The notes beneath the pieces were generated by a model. That model searched no databases. It had not been told where the DNA came from and saw nothing but the letters and a program-made list of their open reading frames with translations. The translations under genes and the position numbers were made by a program. A DNA stretch of 56,730 bases from Candidatus Babelota bacterium (GTDB lineage: Bacteria > Babelota > Babeliae > Babelales > Babelaceae). The stretch covers positions 1 to 56,730 of the forward strand of contig JACDFK010000001.1 in NCBI GenBank assembly GCA_013815795.1, read 5' to 3'. Positions 36,266 through 45,370 of this stretch are shown piece by piece (the first letter of the stretch is position 1; the number at the start of each line of letters is the position of its first letter).

Positions 36266-37771
36266 TTACTGTTTTTTCTTTAATGTAGGAAATAAGATAA
36301 CCTCTTTGATAGAAGGGGTATTAGTAAGTACCATAACCAACCTATCGATCCCTATACCTACACCAACAGCCGGAGGTAGTCCATATTCTAATGCCCGTAT
36401 AAAATCTGTATCATAATGGTGCGCCTCTTCATCTCCCGCTGCATGAGCGGCTACCTGCTCTTGAAACCGTGAAGCTTGATCAAAGGGATCATTTAACTCA
36501 TTATAGCTATTTGCAAGCTCCATTCCAGCAATAAAGAACTCATACCGCGGTGCTTGCGAAGGATTTTCTGGGTCTCTTTTTGTTAAGGGTGAAACCTCGA
36601 GCGGTAGTCCATAGACAAACGTAGGCTGTATAAGCTTTGACTCGACTAAAGCATCAAAAAGAGCATACACCTTCTCTCCAAGAGAGTGGCCCTTTGTCGT
36701 AACACCATGAGTCCGCAACGTCGTATCGATTTTTTCCTCAGTAAGATCTTCTGTACCTATACCGGCGTACTCAATTACCGCATTATGCACAGATATTCGC
36801 TTAAAAGGAGAACCAAAATCGAGTACGCTTTCAGCATACGATACTTCTAAAAGACCACACACAGCTTGCACTATAGTTCGAAGCATATCTTCCACAAAAT
36901 CCATACTAAAATGGTAGTCCTTATACGCAGTATAGAACTCGAGCATAGTAAATTCCGGATTATGCTTTGTAGAAATCCCTTCGTTACGGAAATTTCTATT
37001 TATTTCATATACGCGCTCGAAACCGCCTACTAATAAGCGCTTTAAATAAAGCTCCGGAGCAATACGTAAATAAAAGTCAGAATGCAACGCATTATGATGA
37101 GTAATGAAAGGCTTAGCTGCAGCTCCCCCAGCAATAGGATGAAGCATAGGAGTCTCTACTTCAAGATATCCATGAGAATGTAAATAAGATCTCATCTGAG
37201 TAATAATAAGACTTCTTTTTACAAATCGATCTCGGGAAGCCTCGCTCGTCATAAGATCAAGATATCGTTGTCGATACTTTACTTCAATATCTTGCAGTCC
37301 ATGAAATTTTTCAGGCAAAGGATATAAACATTTACTCAGCAAGAGATAACTCACTACTTTAAGAGTAATTTCTCCTGTTTTAGTCCTGAAAACAGTTCCT
37401 CGTACAAAAAGAATATCGCCAAGGTCGATCAGTTTTTCAAACTGCTCAAAGCGCTCAGTTCCCACTACATCATTTCTAATATACAGCTGAATTTTTCCCG
37501 CACCATCATGAAGCTGAGCAAATGCGGTTTTACCATGAAGGCGTATCGCCATTAATCGTCCCGCAAGGCAATAGGACCGTTCTTCACCTTCGACAAATTC
37601 TTCAATAACTTTCGTGCTCTGTGCTGTAATTTCTTCAGGTGGTTGAGGCCACGGATCAATACCTAATGCGCGTAACTTTTCAACTTTTTCAAGCCGAATA
37701 CGATGTTCAGCAGACTCGTGTTCTTCGGGCCTCTCCTCGATCTGTCCCGCTGATTTGATTAGTTTTTCCAT
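36266..37771 (-). CDS. lysS: Lysine--tRNA ligase, class II
   Basis: OB-fold N-domain, class II motifs (YLRIAPELYLKRL, FRNEGIS, GIGIDRLVM). AAGGAG lies upstream of the ATG. Confidence 0.95.
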   Translation of the reverse strand: MEKLIKSAGQIEERPEEHESAEHRIRLEKVEKLRALGIDPWPQPPEEITAQSTKVIEEFVEGEERSYCLAGRLMAIRLHGKTAFAQLHDGAGKIQLYIRNDVVGTERFEQFEKLIDLGDILFVRGTVFRTKTGEITLKVVSYLLLSKCLYPLPEKFHGLQDIEVKYRQRYLDLMTSEASRDRFVKRSLIITQMRSYLHSHGYLEVETPMLHPIAGGAAAKPFITHHNALHSDFYLRIAPELYLKRLLVGGFERVYEINRNFRNEGISTKHNPEFTMLEFYTAYKDYHFSMDFVEDMLRTIVQAVCGLLEVSYAESVLDFGSPFKRISVHNAVIEYAGIGTEDLTEEKIDTTLRTHGVTTKGHSLGEKVYALFDALVESKLIQPTFVYGLPLEVSPLTKRDPENPSQAPRYEFFIAGMELANSYNELNDPFDQASRFQEQVAAHAAGDEEAHHYDTDFIRALEYGLPPAVGVGIGIDRLVMVLTNTPSIKEVILFPTLKKKQ

Positions 37772-38048
37772 GGAAGCTCCTTACGTAACAATTTTTGTAA
37801 TTTTTTTTTAATCCAATACCGGGAATGTACCGTTAAAAGGGATATCTTATACATAAGCTCTTTTTAAAAAGACACTACATCTCATGCCACACCTTCTTAC
37901 TCGCGTCTTGACCATTAACTTTATCGCTTCACAGAAGGGCTTCCATAGAGATCGAGGTGACTTTAACCTGTACCGGCTTACTAATCATAGAGCACATTTT
38001 TCTATCAGAGACTTATTTTAACTATAGCGGTTTCATCTGAGTGAAATC

Positions 38049-38077
38049 GTCACAGAGCGACATTGTCACAGAGCGAC
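38049..38077. repeat. Tandem direct repeat GTCACAGAGCGAC x2 (16-bp period) in the lysS / S9-peptidase divergent intergenic region
   Basis: gtcacagagcgac at 38049-38061 and 38065-38077, both perfect. Confidence 0.55.
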
Positions 38078-38285
38078 TTTGAACTACCCAAAGAATTGGA
38101 ACACCGTAACGAAACTGTGTATCCCAGCCTATGCTTAGATGGTACCATCTAATGCTATTTTTTGCAAGATTAATAATTTCGCTATACACTTACTGCTGTG
38201 ATGTATTATAGAGAGTAGGGAAGCTACTCCACCGCCGTTTTTTGACTTCAGGCGTACATATTTTCCTATTCGAAAGAATAATACG

Positions 38286-40208
38286 ATGAAAAAATATCTA
38301 CTTTTATTCACTAGTTGCCTGTTTTTCATTGCACTCTCTTTAAAAACGAGAGAAATAACGCCCTTAATACCTCGTAAAGCATTCTTTGGAAACGCTCAAC
38401 AGCTAGCAGTAACTATTTCCCCTGATGGAAAGTATCTGGCATATCTTGCACGTATACGTCCCGAAGATGAGACCAGCCCTTTAACTATTTGGATACAAGA
38501 AATAACTACTTCACAAAAAAAGCCACTGATCACCTCTCATAGTAAATCTATCTGGCTTTACTACTGGGCTCCCGATAGCTCAAGAATACTCTATCTTGAA
38601 GATACGGATGGTGACGAAAACTGGCAGTTATATGGAATAGAGAGAGAAACGCTGCATACCATCAACTACACTCCCTTTGAGAAGTGCCAAACTCGTATTA
38701 TAGAAATAAATTCGGAGGACCCTTCAACTATTGCTATTGCACTTAATAAAGATGATCCTCAGTTACACGATATTTATATCTTAAATCTGCATACAGGAAC
38801 ATTGCGTCTCACCTGCAAAAACCCGGGAAATATCTCGCACTGGGCCTTAGATAAAAACTTGAGAGTACGTGCTGCACTCAAAGAGACCGTTGACGGAGGA
38901 AAAGAGCTTCTTATCACCACCGATACAAAAGGAACGATATGGAAAACCGTACGCACGTATAATGCTGAAGACAGCCAAAATGGCTGCTCTCTTTTGTGTT
39001 ACTCCTCAAAAAAGAACTGCTTATATCTTCTTGAATCAAAAGGATACAATACGACACGACTCGTTTCTTTTTCTCTACGAACAAAAGAAATAACGATTAT
39101 TATGCAAGATCCTTCCTATGATATAACAAACGCTTTTATGAGCTCTCTTACGGAAGAAATAGAAGCAATCACCTGCGAACGAGAGAAGTTAGAATGGCAG
39201 TTTATAGAATCGGGCGTCTACGAAAGACTTTACAAAGCTGTTTCTCGTAAGTACCCAGGAACCATCCAGATAGAAAGCTCCGACGCCACCGAAAAACAGT
39301 TCGTAGTTTCTGTTGAAAAGGACGTGAGCCCTCTCTGTTATTATCTCTACGATGATATAAAAAACTCCGTTATAGAACTTTGTAAAGCACGCCCCTGCCT
39401 CAAGGAAAATGCACTGTGTCCCACCGAGCCAATCTCTTTAGAAAGCAGAGATGGACTGATGCTCTACGGTTATCTTACAGTACCCCGGGGTAAAAAAAAC
39501 GCTATTCCTATGGTTCTTCTGGTACATGATGGCCCCTGGCGTAGGGTACGATGGAGATATAACGCTATAACTCAATGGCTAGCTAATAGAGGGTATGCGG
39601 TACTTGATATTAATTACAGAGGATCCACTGGCTATGGAAAAAAATTTATGAATGCAGGAAATAAAGAATGGGGAGGCGCTATGCAAGATGACCTTCTTGA
39701 TGCCGTAGCGTGGGCTATAAAAAAAGGCATTGCAGATCAGAGCAAAATCGCTATTTTTGGCGGATCTTATGGAGGCTACGCTGCTCTTGCGGGAGCTGCA
39801 TTTACACCCGACGTATTTTGTTGCGCTATTGATCTGGTTGGCATAAGTAACCTTATAAGTTTTTTGAATTCGATACCTCCCTACTGGAATGTATATCGAG
39901 CCAAGCTCTATAATGCTATCGGAAACCCGGACAATGAAAAAGCTTTTTTGGAATCCCGCTCACCCCTTTTTAAAGCAGATGCGATAAAAATCCCTATTTT
40001 GATAGCTCAAGGAGCACAAGATCCTCGCGTAAAACAGGAAGAGTCTGAACAGATAATAGCGGTACTAAAAAAAAGAGGCATTCCTCACACGTACCTTCTT
40101 TTTAATGACGAAGGACATGTTTTTACGAATGCCTCTAATAAATTAAAGCTCTATGCAACAGCTGAAGAGTTTCTCTCAAAATTCTTAGGGGGACGCTGCG
40201 AGCCCTGA
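38286..40208 (+). CDS. Secreted S9-family serine peptidase (prolyl oligopeptidase / dipeptidyl aminopeptidase type)
   Basis: Signal-like MKKYLLLFTSCLFFIALSL, an N-terminal propeller-like region, and an alpha/beta hydrolase C-domain with nucleophile GGSYGGY, QGAQDPRV (Asp) and DEGHVF (His). Confidence 0.88.
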   Translation: MKKYLLLFTSCLFFIALSLKTREITPLIPRKAFFGNAQQLAVTISPDGKYLAYLARIRPEDETSPLTIWIQEITTSQKKPLITSHSKSIWLYYWAPDSSRILYLEDTDGDENWQLYGIERETLHTINYTPFEKCQTRIIEINSEDPSTIAIALNKDDPQLHDIYILNLHTGTLRLTCKNPGNISHWALDKNLRVRAALKETVDGGKELLITTDTKGTIWKTVRTYNAEDSQNGCSLLCYSSKKNCLYLLESKGYNTTRLVSFSLRTKEITIIMQDPSYDITNAFMSSLTEEIEAITCEREKLEWQFIESGVYERLYKAVSRKYPGTIQIESSDATEKQFVVSVEKDVSPLCYYLYDDIKNSVIELCKARPCLKENALCPTEPISLESRDGLMLYGYLTVPRGKKNAIPMVLLVHDGPWRRVRWRYNAITQWLANRGYAVLDINYRGSTGYGKKFMNAGNKEWGGAMQDDLLDAVAWAIKKGIADQSKIAIFGGSYGGYAALAGAAFTPDVFCCAIDLVGISNLISFLNSIPPYWNVYRAKLYNAIGNPDNEKAFLESRSPLFKADAIKIPILIAQGAQDPRVKQEESEQIIAVLKKRGIPHTYLLFNDEGHVFTNASNKLKLYATAEEFLSKFLGGRCEP

Positions 40209-40921
40209 GCATCTGTGTAGCACTGCTCTACATGATCCCAATTTACCACATTCCACCACTGATCTATATAGTCAGGACGCCTATTGTGGAACTTTAAATA
40301 ATACGCATGTTCCCATACATCAAGGCATAGTAAGGGAATCATTCCGCGTGAAAACGGTGTATCTTGATTTGCGGTAGTAATAATAGCACATGACCCATCT
40401 TTTTGTAACACGAGCCACGCATAACCACTCCCGAAAACGCTTTTAGCAGCAGTCGAAAACGCGGTTTTAAATGAATCAAAATCAGAGAAATGCTTTGTAA
40501 GCAGAGCCTCTACAACTGGAGTGGGTTTTCGAGAACTACAGGGAGTCATACATAACCAAAAGAAAGAATGATTATAATGACCACCAGCATTATTAAGGAT
40601 TTTGGTTCTCAAAGCCCGAGGAATTTTCAGGGGATCACTCAAAAGTTTCTCAAGAGGTATCTTCGCTACACGAGGTTTCCCTTTAAGGACAGCATTAAGC
40701 TCATCAACATATTTTTGGTGATGTTTGGTATAATGAGTCTCCATAGTCTTTACATCAATATAAGGTTCTAAAGAAGCATATCTATAACCAAGCTGAGGTA
40801 ATTCATAAGGGTATCCTTTTGCTAGAGGGGTTTTACTGCTCTTTTCTTGACAAGCCGTTTCCCAACAAAACGCGACAAAAACAGTACTTATAAGAACTGT
40901 TACATAAGAACGATTATTCAC
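40151..40921 (-). CDS. Fe/Mn-family superoxide dismutase (Mn-type signature) with N-terminal signal-like extension
   Basis: Leader MNNRSYVTVLISTVFVAFCWETAC plus a ~20-aa linker. SOD core HYTKHHQKYV, NNAGGHYNHSFFW, DVWEHAYYLKFHNRRPDYI. The 3' end overlaps the convergent peptidase gene by 58 nt. Confidence 0.85.
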   Translation of the reverse strand: MNNRSYVTVLISTVFVAFCWETACQEKSSKTPLAKGYPYELPQLGYRYASLEPYIDVKTMETHYTKHHQKYVDELNAVLKGKPRVAKIPLEKLLSDPLKIPRALRTKILNNAGGHYNHSFFWLCMTPCSSRKPTPVVEALLTKHFSDFDSFKTAFSTAAKSVFGSGYAWLVLQKDGSCAIITTANQDTPFSRGMIPLLCLDVWEHAYYLKFHNRRPDYIDQWWNVVNWDHVEQCYTDAQGSQRPPKNFERNSSAVA

Positions 40922-40931
40922 TAGTTTCTCC

Positions 40932-41540
40932 TTACCCTACAAGAGAGCGATATTTTTCTTCGACTATCTCCCAATTAATTACATGCCACCAGGCAGCTAT
41001 ATAGTCGACTCGTTTATTTTGATATTTTAAATAATAGGCATGCTCCCAGACATCAAGACCGAGAATAGGCATCATTGATTCAGAAAGAGGACTATCTTGA
41101 TTAGCGGTAGAATGTATAACGAGGTTGCCCTTTGTATCAAAGGAAAGCCATGCCCACCCGCTGCCAAAGCGAGATTTAGCAGCATTTGAGAACTCCTCCT
41201 TAAAAGCATCAATACTTTTAAAGGAAGAAAGAACTGCTTCCTTTACTCTACCACGAGGTTCCCCTCCACGCGCATTCAAAAACTCCCAAAACAAAGAATG
41301 ATTATAATGGCCTCCCCCATTGTTTCGAATAGCAGTTCGAACAGACTCCGGAACCGTCTCTATATTTTTTAGAAGATCTTCCAATGATTGTGCTTGGAGG
41401 TGCGGATGATCTTTTAAAGCTGCATTCAGCTCATCAATATATTTTTGATGATGTTTGGTATAATGAATTTCCATGGTTTTTGCATCGATGTAAGGTTCTA
41501 AGGCATCGAAAGCGTACGGGAGTTTTGGTAACGTGTACAT
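40932..41540 (-). CDS. sodA: Fe/Mn-family superoxide dismutase (Mn-type signature), cytoplasmic form
   Basis: MYTLPKLPYAFDALEPYID, HYTKHHQKYI, NNGGGHYNHSLFW, DVWEHAYYLKYQNKRVDYI. No leader. Confidence 0.9.
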   Translation of the reverse strand: MYTLPKLPYAFDALEPYIDAKTMEIHYTKHHQKYIDELNAALKDHPHLQAQSLEDLLKNIETVPESVRTAIRNNGGGHYNHSLFWEFLNARGGEPRGRVKEAVLSSFKSIDAFKEEFSNAAKSRFGSGWAWLSFDTKGNLVIHSTANQDSPLSESMMPILGLDVWEHAYYLKYQNKRVDYIAAWWHVINWEIVEEKYRSLVG

Positions 41541-41543
41541 AGT

Positions 41544-41849
41544 CTACCTTCCTGGTAATAAATATATTATTTCATTTTCATAAGCCATCTGAAGCTCTTT
41601 GCGAGCAATACTCTCTTTATAAAAAGGATTATTTTTTCGATCAGCGAGCTCTCGAGAAAGTGCATTTACCTCTCCTTCAGTGCGCTTAATCTCCTCAATC
41701 AGATTACTATTTTGACGTTGAGCACTTTTTAAAGCTTGTAAACCACCCGGCCCAATAAGATAAAAAAAGGTCACCACAATAATTTCAGCCCCTAAAAAAA
41801 ACTGAAAAGTCATTCGCTTAAGCTCTTTCACGAGTCCCTTTCTTTGCAC
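41544..41849 (-). CDS. ftsB: Septum formation initiator (FtsB/DivIC-like) protein
   Basis: Single TM (FFLGAEIIVVTFFYLIGPGG), then a coiled coil (QNSNLIEEIKRTEGEVNALSRELADRK) and a C-terminal YKESIARKELQMAYENEIIY motif. The real start may be the internal MTFQFF (41813). Confidence 0.7.
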   Translation of the reverse strand: MQRKGLVKELKRMTFQFFLGAEIIVVTFFYLIGPGGLQALKSAQRQNSNLIEEIKRTEGEVNALSRELADRKNNPFYKESIARKELQMAYENEIIYLLPGR

Positions 41850-42082
41850 ATATACGATCTAAAAAAACGCAATATCTTTACTATATAAACAATAAGAGCG
41901 AGTTGCAAGGAAAAAACAGCAAAAAAGGAAGTAATCTTCCTCTCGTAGGCGACTCTCGCAGAGGTGCCTTTAAAAACTAGTAAAAAAGAAACAGAAGGAA
42001 TTTTCTGAGGTCTCTGACACATCTAATAAGAACTACTCTCTGTTCTATCAACCAAAGCATCAAACCAACCTATTTTGTGTAT

Positions 42083-43306
42083 TTACCTACTCAGTTTTAT
42101 TGAGAGTCCCTCTACCACAAGAGAGCGAGCTTGTGCGTTCTCTATACTCATAAGGGTTCTATAGTCTTCTGTGCCAGGCTGTATCCTAAAAGGGTCTCCT
42201 GCACTTTTTGCTCTATAGGCCCTTAAGATAAGCGAAGCTTGAGGTCCTGTAACAAACTCTCTTAACCATTTCAATGATTCTAAGCTTTTGTCCCATACTT
42301 TAATTGTTTCGTCGTCACCTACGGTATACAGCTTCTTCCCATCCAGACTAAAGGAAACAGAATGCACTGCCGCTGTGTGTCCATACAACGTTTTAAGCCT
42401 CGCGCCCGATCGTACATCCCACAGTTTTACAGTCCCATCTTTCGATGCGGTAGCCAACTGTTTTCCATCAGGACTAAATTCAACTGCCACCACACTATCC
42501 ATATGACCACCAAGAGTTATACGCTCAGTACCCGTTTCAGTATCCCATATTTTTGCGGTAGTATCATACGAACCTGTTGCAATACTTTTCCCATCCGGGC
42601 TAAACGCAATCGACAGCACACTTTGAGCATGTCCTGCAAAAGTTTTAAGTTCGTTTCCCGAGTCTACATCCCATAAGAGAGCTGTTGTATCCCACGATCC
42701 GGTGGCCAGTTGGGTCCCGTCGGGACTAAATGCAACTGCATTTATAGCACCTCTGTGTCCCTGAAGTGTGGTAAGTCTATCTCCTAATTGAGCATCCCAC
42801 AGTAGTACTGCTCCACCCCATGATCCTGTTGCAATGAGTGTTCCCTCTTTATTAAAGGCCAGTGCCAATACATCGCTTGTGGGGGCTCTTAGTGGCGCCA
42901 GTTCTGTAAAGGATTTCAGATTCCAGAGCTGCACTGAAGGAAAAATAGCAATTTTATTTCCATCCACGCTAAAAACAGTTCTACGCCCACCTCCCTCGTG
43001 GACTTGAAAAGTGTGCACCGTATTTCCACTTACCAGATCAATAAGGCTCAAGCTTTCATCCCCTCTTATTGAAAATATCTTATGATTAGGACTGAGTGCA
43101 ACTAAGCGGCTAAAAGTAGTAAAGGTTTTTAGAGGATATATATTTTTCTTAAGGTATGAGAGCACCTCATCAATACTCTTAACCGCTATTTCATGCTGAA
43201 TATCAGCGGGTAGATCTTTTTGACGAGGACAATACTGCATTGCCTCTGCTAGAAAACCAGAAAGCATAAGTACCAGATAAGCTACGTGAGTTATTCTCTT
43301 ATCCAC
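42083..43306 (-). CDS. WD40 repeat protein with hydrophobic leader, subfamily B copy 1
   Basis: GTG start with AAGGAG 8 nt upstream. Leader VAYLVLMLSGFLAEA. N-terminal ~100 aa parallel to 43522..44553. Seven WD40 units, plus a C-terminal helical tail. Confidence 0.85.
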   Translation of the reverse strand: MDKRITHVAYLVLMLSGFLAEAMQYCPRQKDLPADIQHEIAVKSIDEVLSYLKKNIYPLKTFTTFSRLVALSPNHKIFSIRGDESLSLIDLVSGNTVHTFQVHEGGGRRTVFSVDGNKIAIFPSVQLWNLKSFTELAPLRAPTSDVLALAFNKEGTLIATGSWGGAVLLWDAQLGDRLTTLQGHRGAINAVAFSPDGTQLATGSWDTTALLWDVDSGNELKTFAGHAQSVLSIAFSPDGKSIATGSYDTTAKIWDTETGTERITLGGHMDSVVAVEFSPDGKQLATASKDGTVKLWDVRSGARLKTLYGHTAAVHSVSFSLDGKKLYTVGDDETIKVWDKSLESLKWLREFVTGPQASLILRAYRAKSAGDPFRIQPGTEDYRTLMSIENAQARSLVVEGLSIKLSR

Positions 43307-43521
43307 CGCTTTTTCTCCTTATATCCCTTGTACCGTTAAGGGCTTATCACTAGTTCATACGTTCATACAAAATATAGAAAACAGAGCTCACCTAAAAAAA
43401 GATATAGATACCAACACCGTAGATTCTTTAAACCGTAGTTTCTTTAATCTGAGAAGATGGATTAAAACGTCCCCTTTGTTCGAAATTTTGAGCATACTGA
43501 CCTCTTTAATAAGGCTGACTA

Positions 43522-44553
43522 TCATGAGTTTACATTCCATACTCGGATTGTCTCATCCTTTGAGGCGGTATAAAGGGTCTGTCCATCGGCACTAAAAGAA
43601 ACCGAGAGGATCGTATCTGTATGTCCTTGAAAAGTTTTAAGTTCAGAACCGGATTCGGGGTCCCACACTTTTGCAGTCTTATCTGCTGAACCAGTAGCTA
43701 CTTTTTCACCATCAGGACTAAATGCAACGGCCCTCACAGGTTTAGTGTGTCTGCTGAGAGTCCTAAGTTCAGCACCAGATTCAGTATCCCATACTTTTGC
43801 TGTACCATCTTCAGAACCGGTAATGAGTCTTTTGCCATCCGGGCTGAATGCCACTGCCACGACTGCTTTTGTATGTTTTTGTAAAACTCTAAGTTCAGCA
43901 CCAGTTTCTGTATTCCACAGACGTGCTGTTTCGTCAAAAGATCCCGTAGCTATTTTTCTACCATCGAGGCTAAATGCACTCGCCACCACAGGCCCCACAT
44001 GTCCCACACTCGTTCGAAGTTCTTTGCCCGATTGAGTATCCCATAGTTTTACCGCTCCATCCAAAGAGCCCGTAACCATACTTCTGCCATCAGGGCTAAA
44101 TGCAAGAGTCTTTACATTCGCGGTGGGGGACCGCAACATGGTTAGTTCACCACCAGATTTTATTGACCATACTTTTACAGATGGTACTATTCCTACTTTT
44201 TTCCCATCCAAACTAAATATAGCTGAGGAGATACCTGGTCCATATACAGGAAAAAGCTGTAACTTATTTCCGCTTAGAAGATCAACCACGGTAGCATTTT
44301 TGTCTCCCACGGTAATAAAACTGGTTTTATCCGGACTTACTACCGCTACACGACTATAGGTATTAAAAACTTTTGAGGACTGTATACTTTTATCAGGATA
44401 TGATACTACTTCAACTATATTTTTTATAGATTGAGCATTCTTACCTAGAATTTCTTCATTAGGCTTCTGCTGAGCAGCTCCTAGAGTGCACACATACAGC
44501 ATAGCCCCCGCAAAGAAAGAACCATACCTTAAAGATCTACTATTTCTATACAC
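43522..44553 (-). CDS. WD40 repeat protein with hydrophobic leader, subfamily B copy 2
   Basis: GTG start. Leader GSFFAGAMLYVCTLGAA. VVSYPDKSIQSSKVFNTYSRVAVVSPDK parallels VLSYLKKNIYPLKTFTTFSRLVALSPNH in the neighbouring gene. WD40 units GH..PV.AVAFSPDG..(I/V)(A/I)TGS.D.TAK(V/L)WD. Confidence 0.85.
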   Translation of the reverse strand: MYRNSRSLRYGSFFAGAMLYVCTLGAAQQKPNEEILGKNAQSIKNIVEVVSYPDKSIQSSKVFNTYSRVAVVSPDKTSFITVGDKNATVVDLLSGNKLQLFPVYGPGISSAIFSLDGKKVGIVPSVKVWSIKSGGELTMLRSPTANVKTLAFSPDGRSMVTGSLDGAVKLWDTQSGKELRTSVGHVGPVVASAFSLDGRKIATGSFDETARLWNTETGAELRVLQKHTKAVVAVAFSPDGKRLITGSEDGTAKVWDTESGAELRTLSRHTKPVRAVAFSPDGEKVATGSADKTAKVWDPESGSELKTFQGHTDTILSVSFSADGQTLYTASKDETIRVWNVNS

Positions 44554-44691
44554 AACTTCCTTTGTTTATACTTTATTTCGATTAACTGCTCCTACGTGTG
44601 ACACCATCTCCCGCACAAAGCATGAAACCAGTTTTAGATACATCGTTTAAAAGAAACATACCCCTGCCATTAATTTTTATACATAAAAATT

Positions 44692-44736
44692 CTTTATAAA
44701 GGCGCTGATGCCATAAGCTCCAGCGCCTTTATAAAG
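44692..44736 (-). terminator. Rho-independent terminator after the small secreted protein gene 44740..45267
   Basis: Perfect 16-bp stem ctttataaaggcgctg / cagcgcctttataaag with a 13-nt loop. On the minus strand it is followed by AATTTTTAT. Confidence 0.6.
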
Positions 44737-44739
44737 TCC

Positions 44740-45267
44740 TTATTTTACAGACTTAATGTCTTCAGACTCAACATTATTTTTCAGACTAAAATTAGACTGA
44801 GTTTTTTTCATGAGTCCCATAAGAGGTCCTGTCTCTGGCCTTACATTCTGTGATGAATCGACTGTGACATAGATAGTTTTGCCTTTGGTAAAACTAAACA
44901 CTTTATCCGGATCAGGATTGAAACCCCACTCTTTATTAAAGCTTAAGAATCCTTTAGGCTTAAAATCCTGTGGTTCAGTAAACCACAGTGCTAATATGGT
45001 GTCTTTACCTAAATCAGCAGTGTAGTATTTAGCTACAGAAGTTCCCGAAATTGGTCTAGAAGTAAATAACGATGAAGATTCGTTACCGTTCTGTATCGCA
45101 TACCATATCTGTTTTCCGCTTTTATTATATATTTCGATACCAAAGTCACCCGCCTTTGAATATTCATAGGATTTCTTGTGTGATCCGGTACGTTCAGTAA
45201 TTGCCGCATGTACCATTGAACTTGCCATAAGACATAACGCAATATGCATGCTAATCATTTTTTTCAT
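44740..45267 (-). CDS. Small secreted protein, family member B
   Basis: Signal peptide MKKMISMHIALCLMASSMVHAA. Blocks FGIEIYNKSGKQIWYAIQNG, ILALWFTEP, VFSFTKGKTIYVTVD, VRPETG, SLKNNVESEDI. Confidence 0.65.
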   Translation of the reverse strand: MKKMISMHIALCLMASSMVHAAITERTGSHKKSYEYSKAGDFGIEIYNKSGKQIWYAIQNGNESSSLFTSRPISGTSVAKYYTADLGKDTILALWFTEPQDFKPKGFLSFNKEWGFNPDPDKVFSFTKGKTIYVTVDSSQNVRPETGPLMGLMKKTQSNFSLKNNVESEDIKSVK

Positions 45268-45370
45268 ATGTTTCCTTTATTTATAAGTAATAAGCCTCTT
45301 CACTTTTAAAAGTACCGAGGCACTTCCTGTATGTATAGTTTTATAGCTAGACTCCGTAAAGTCATAAAGC

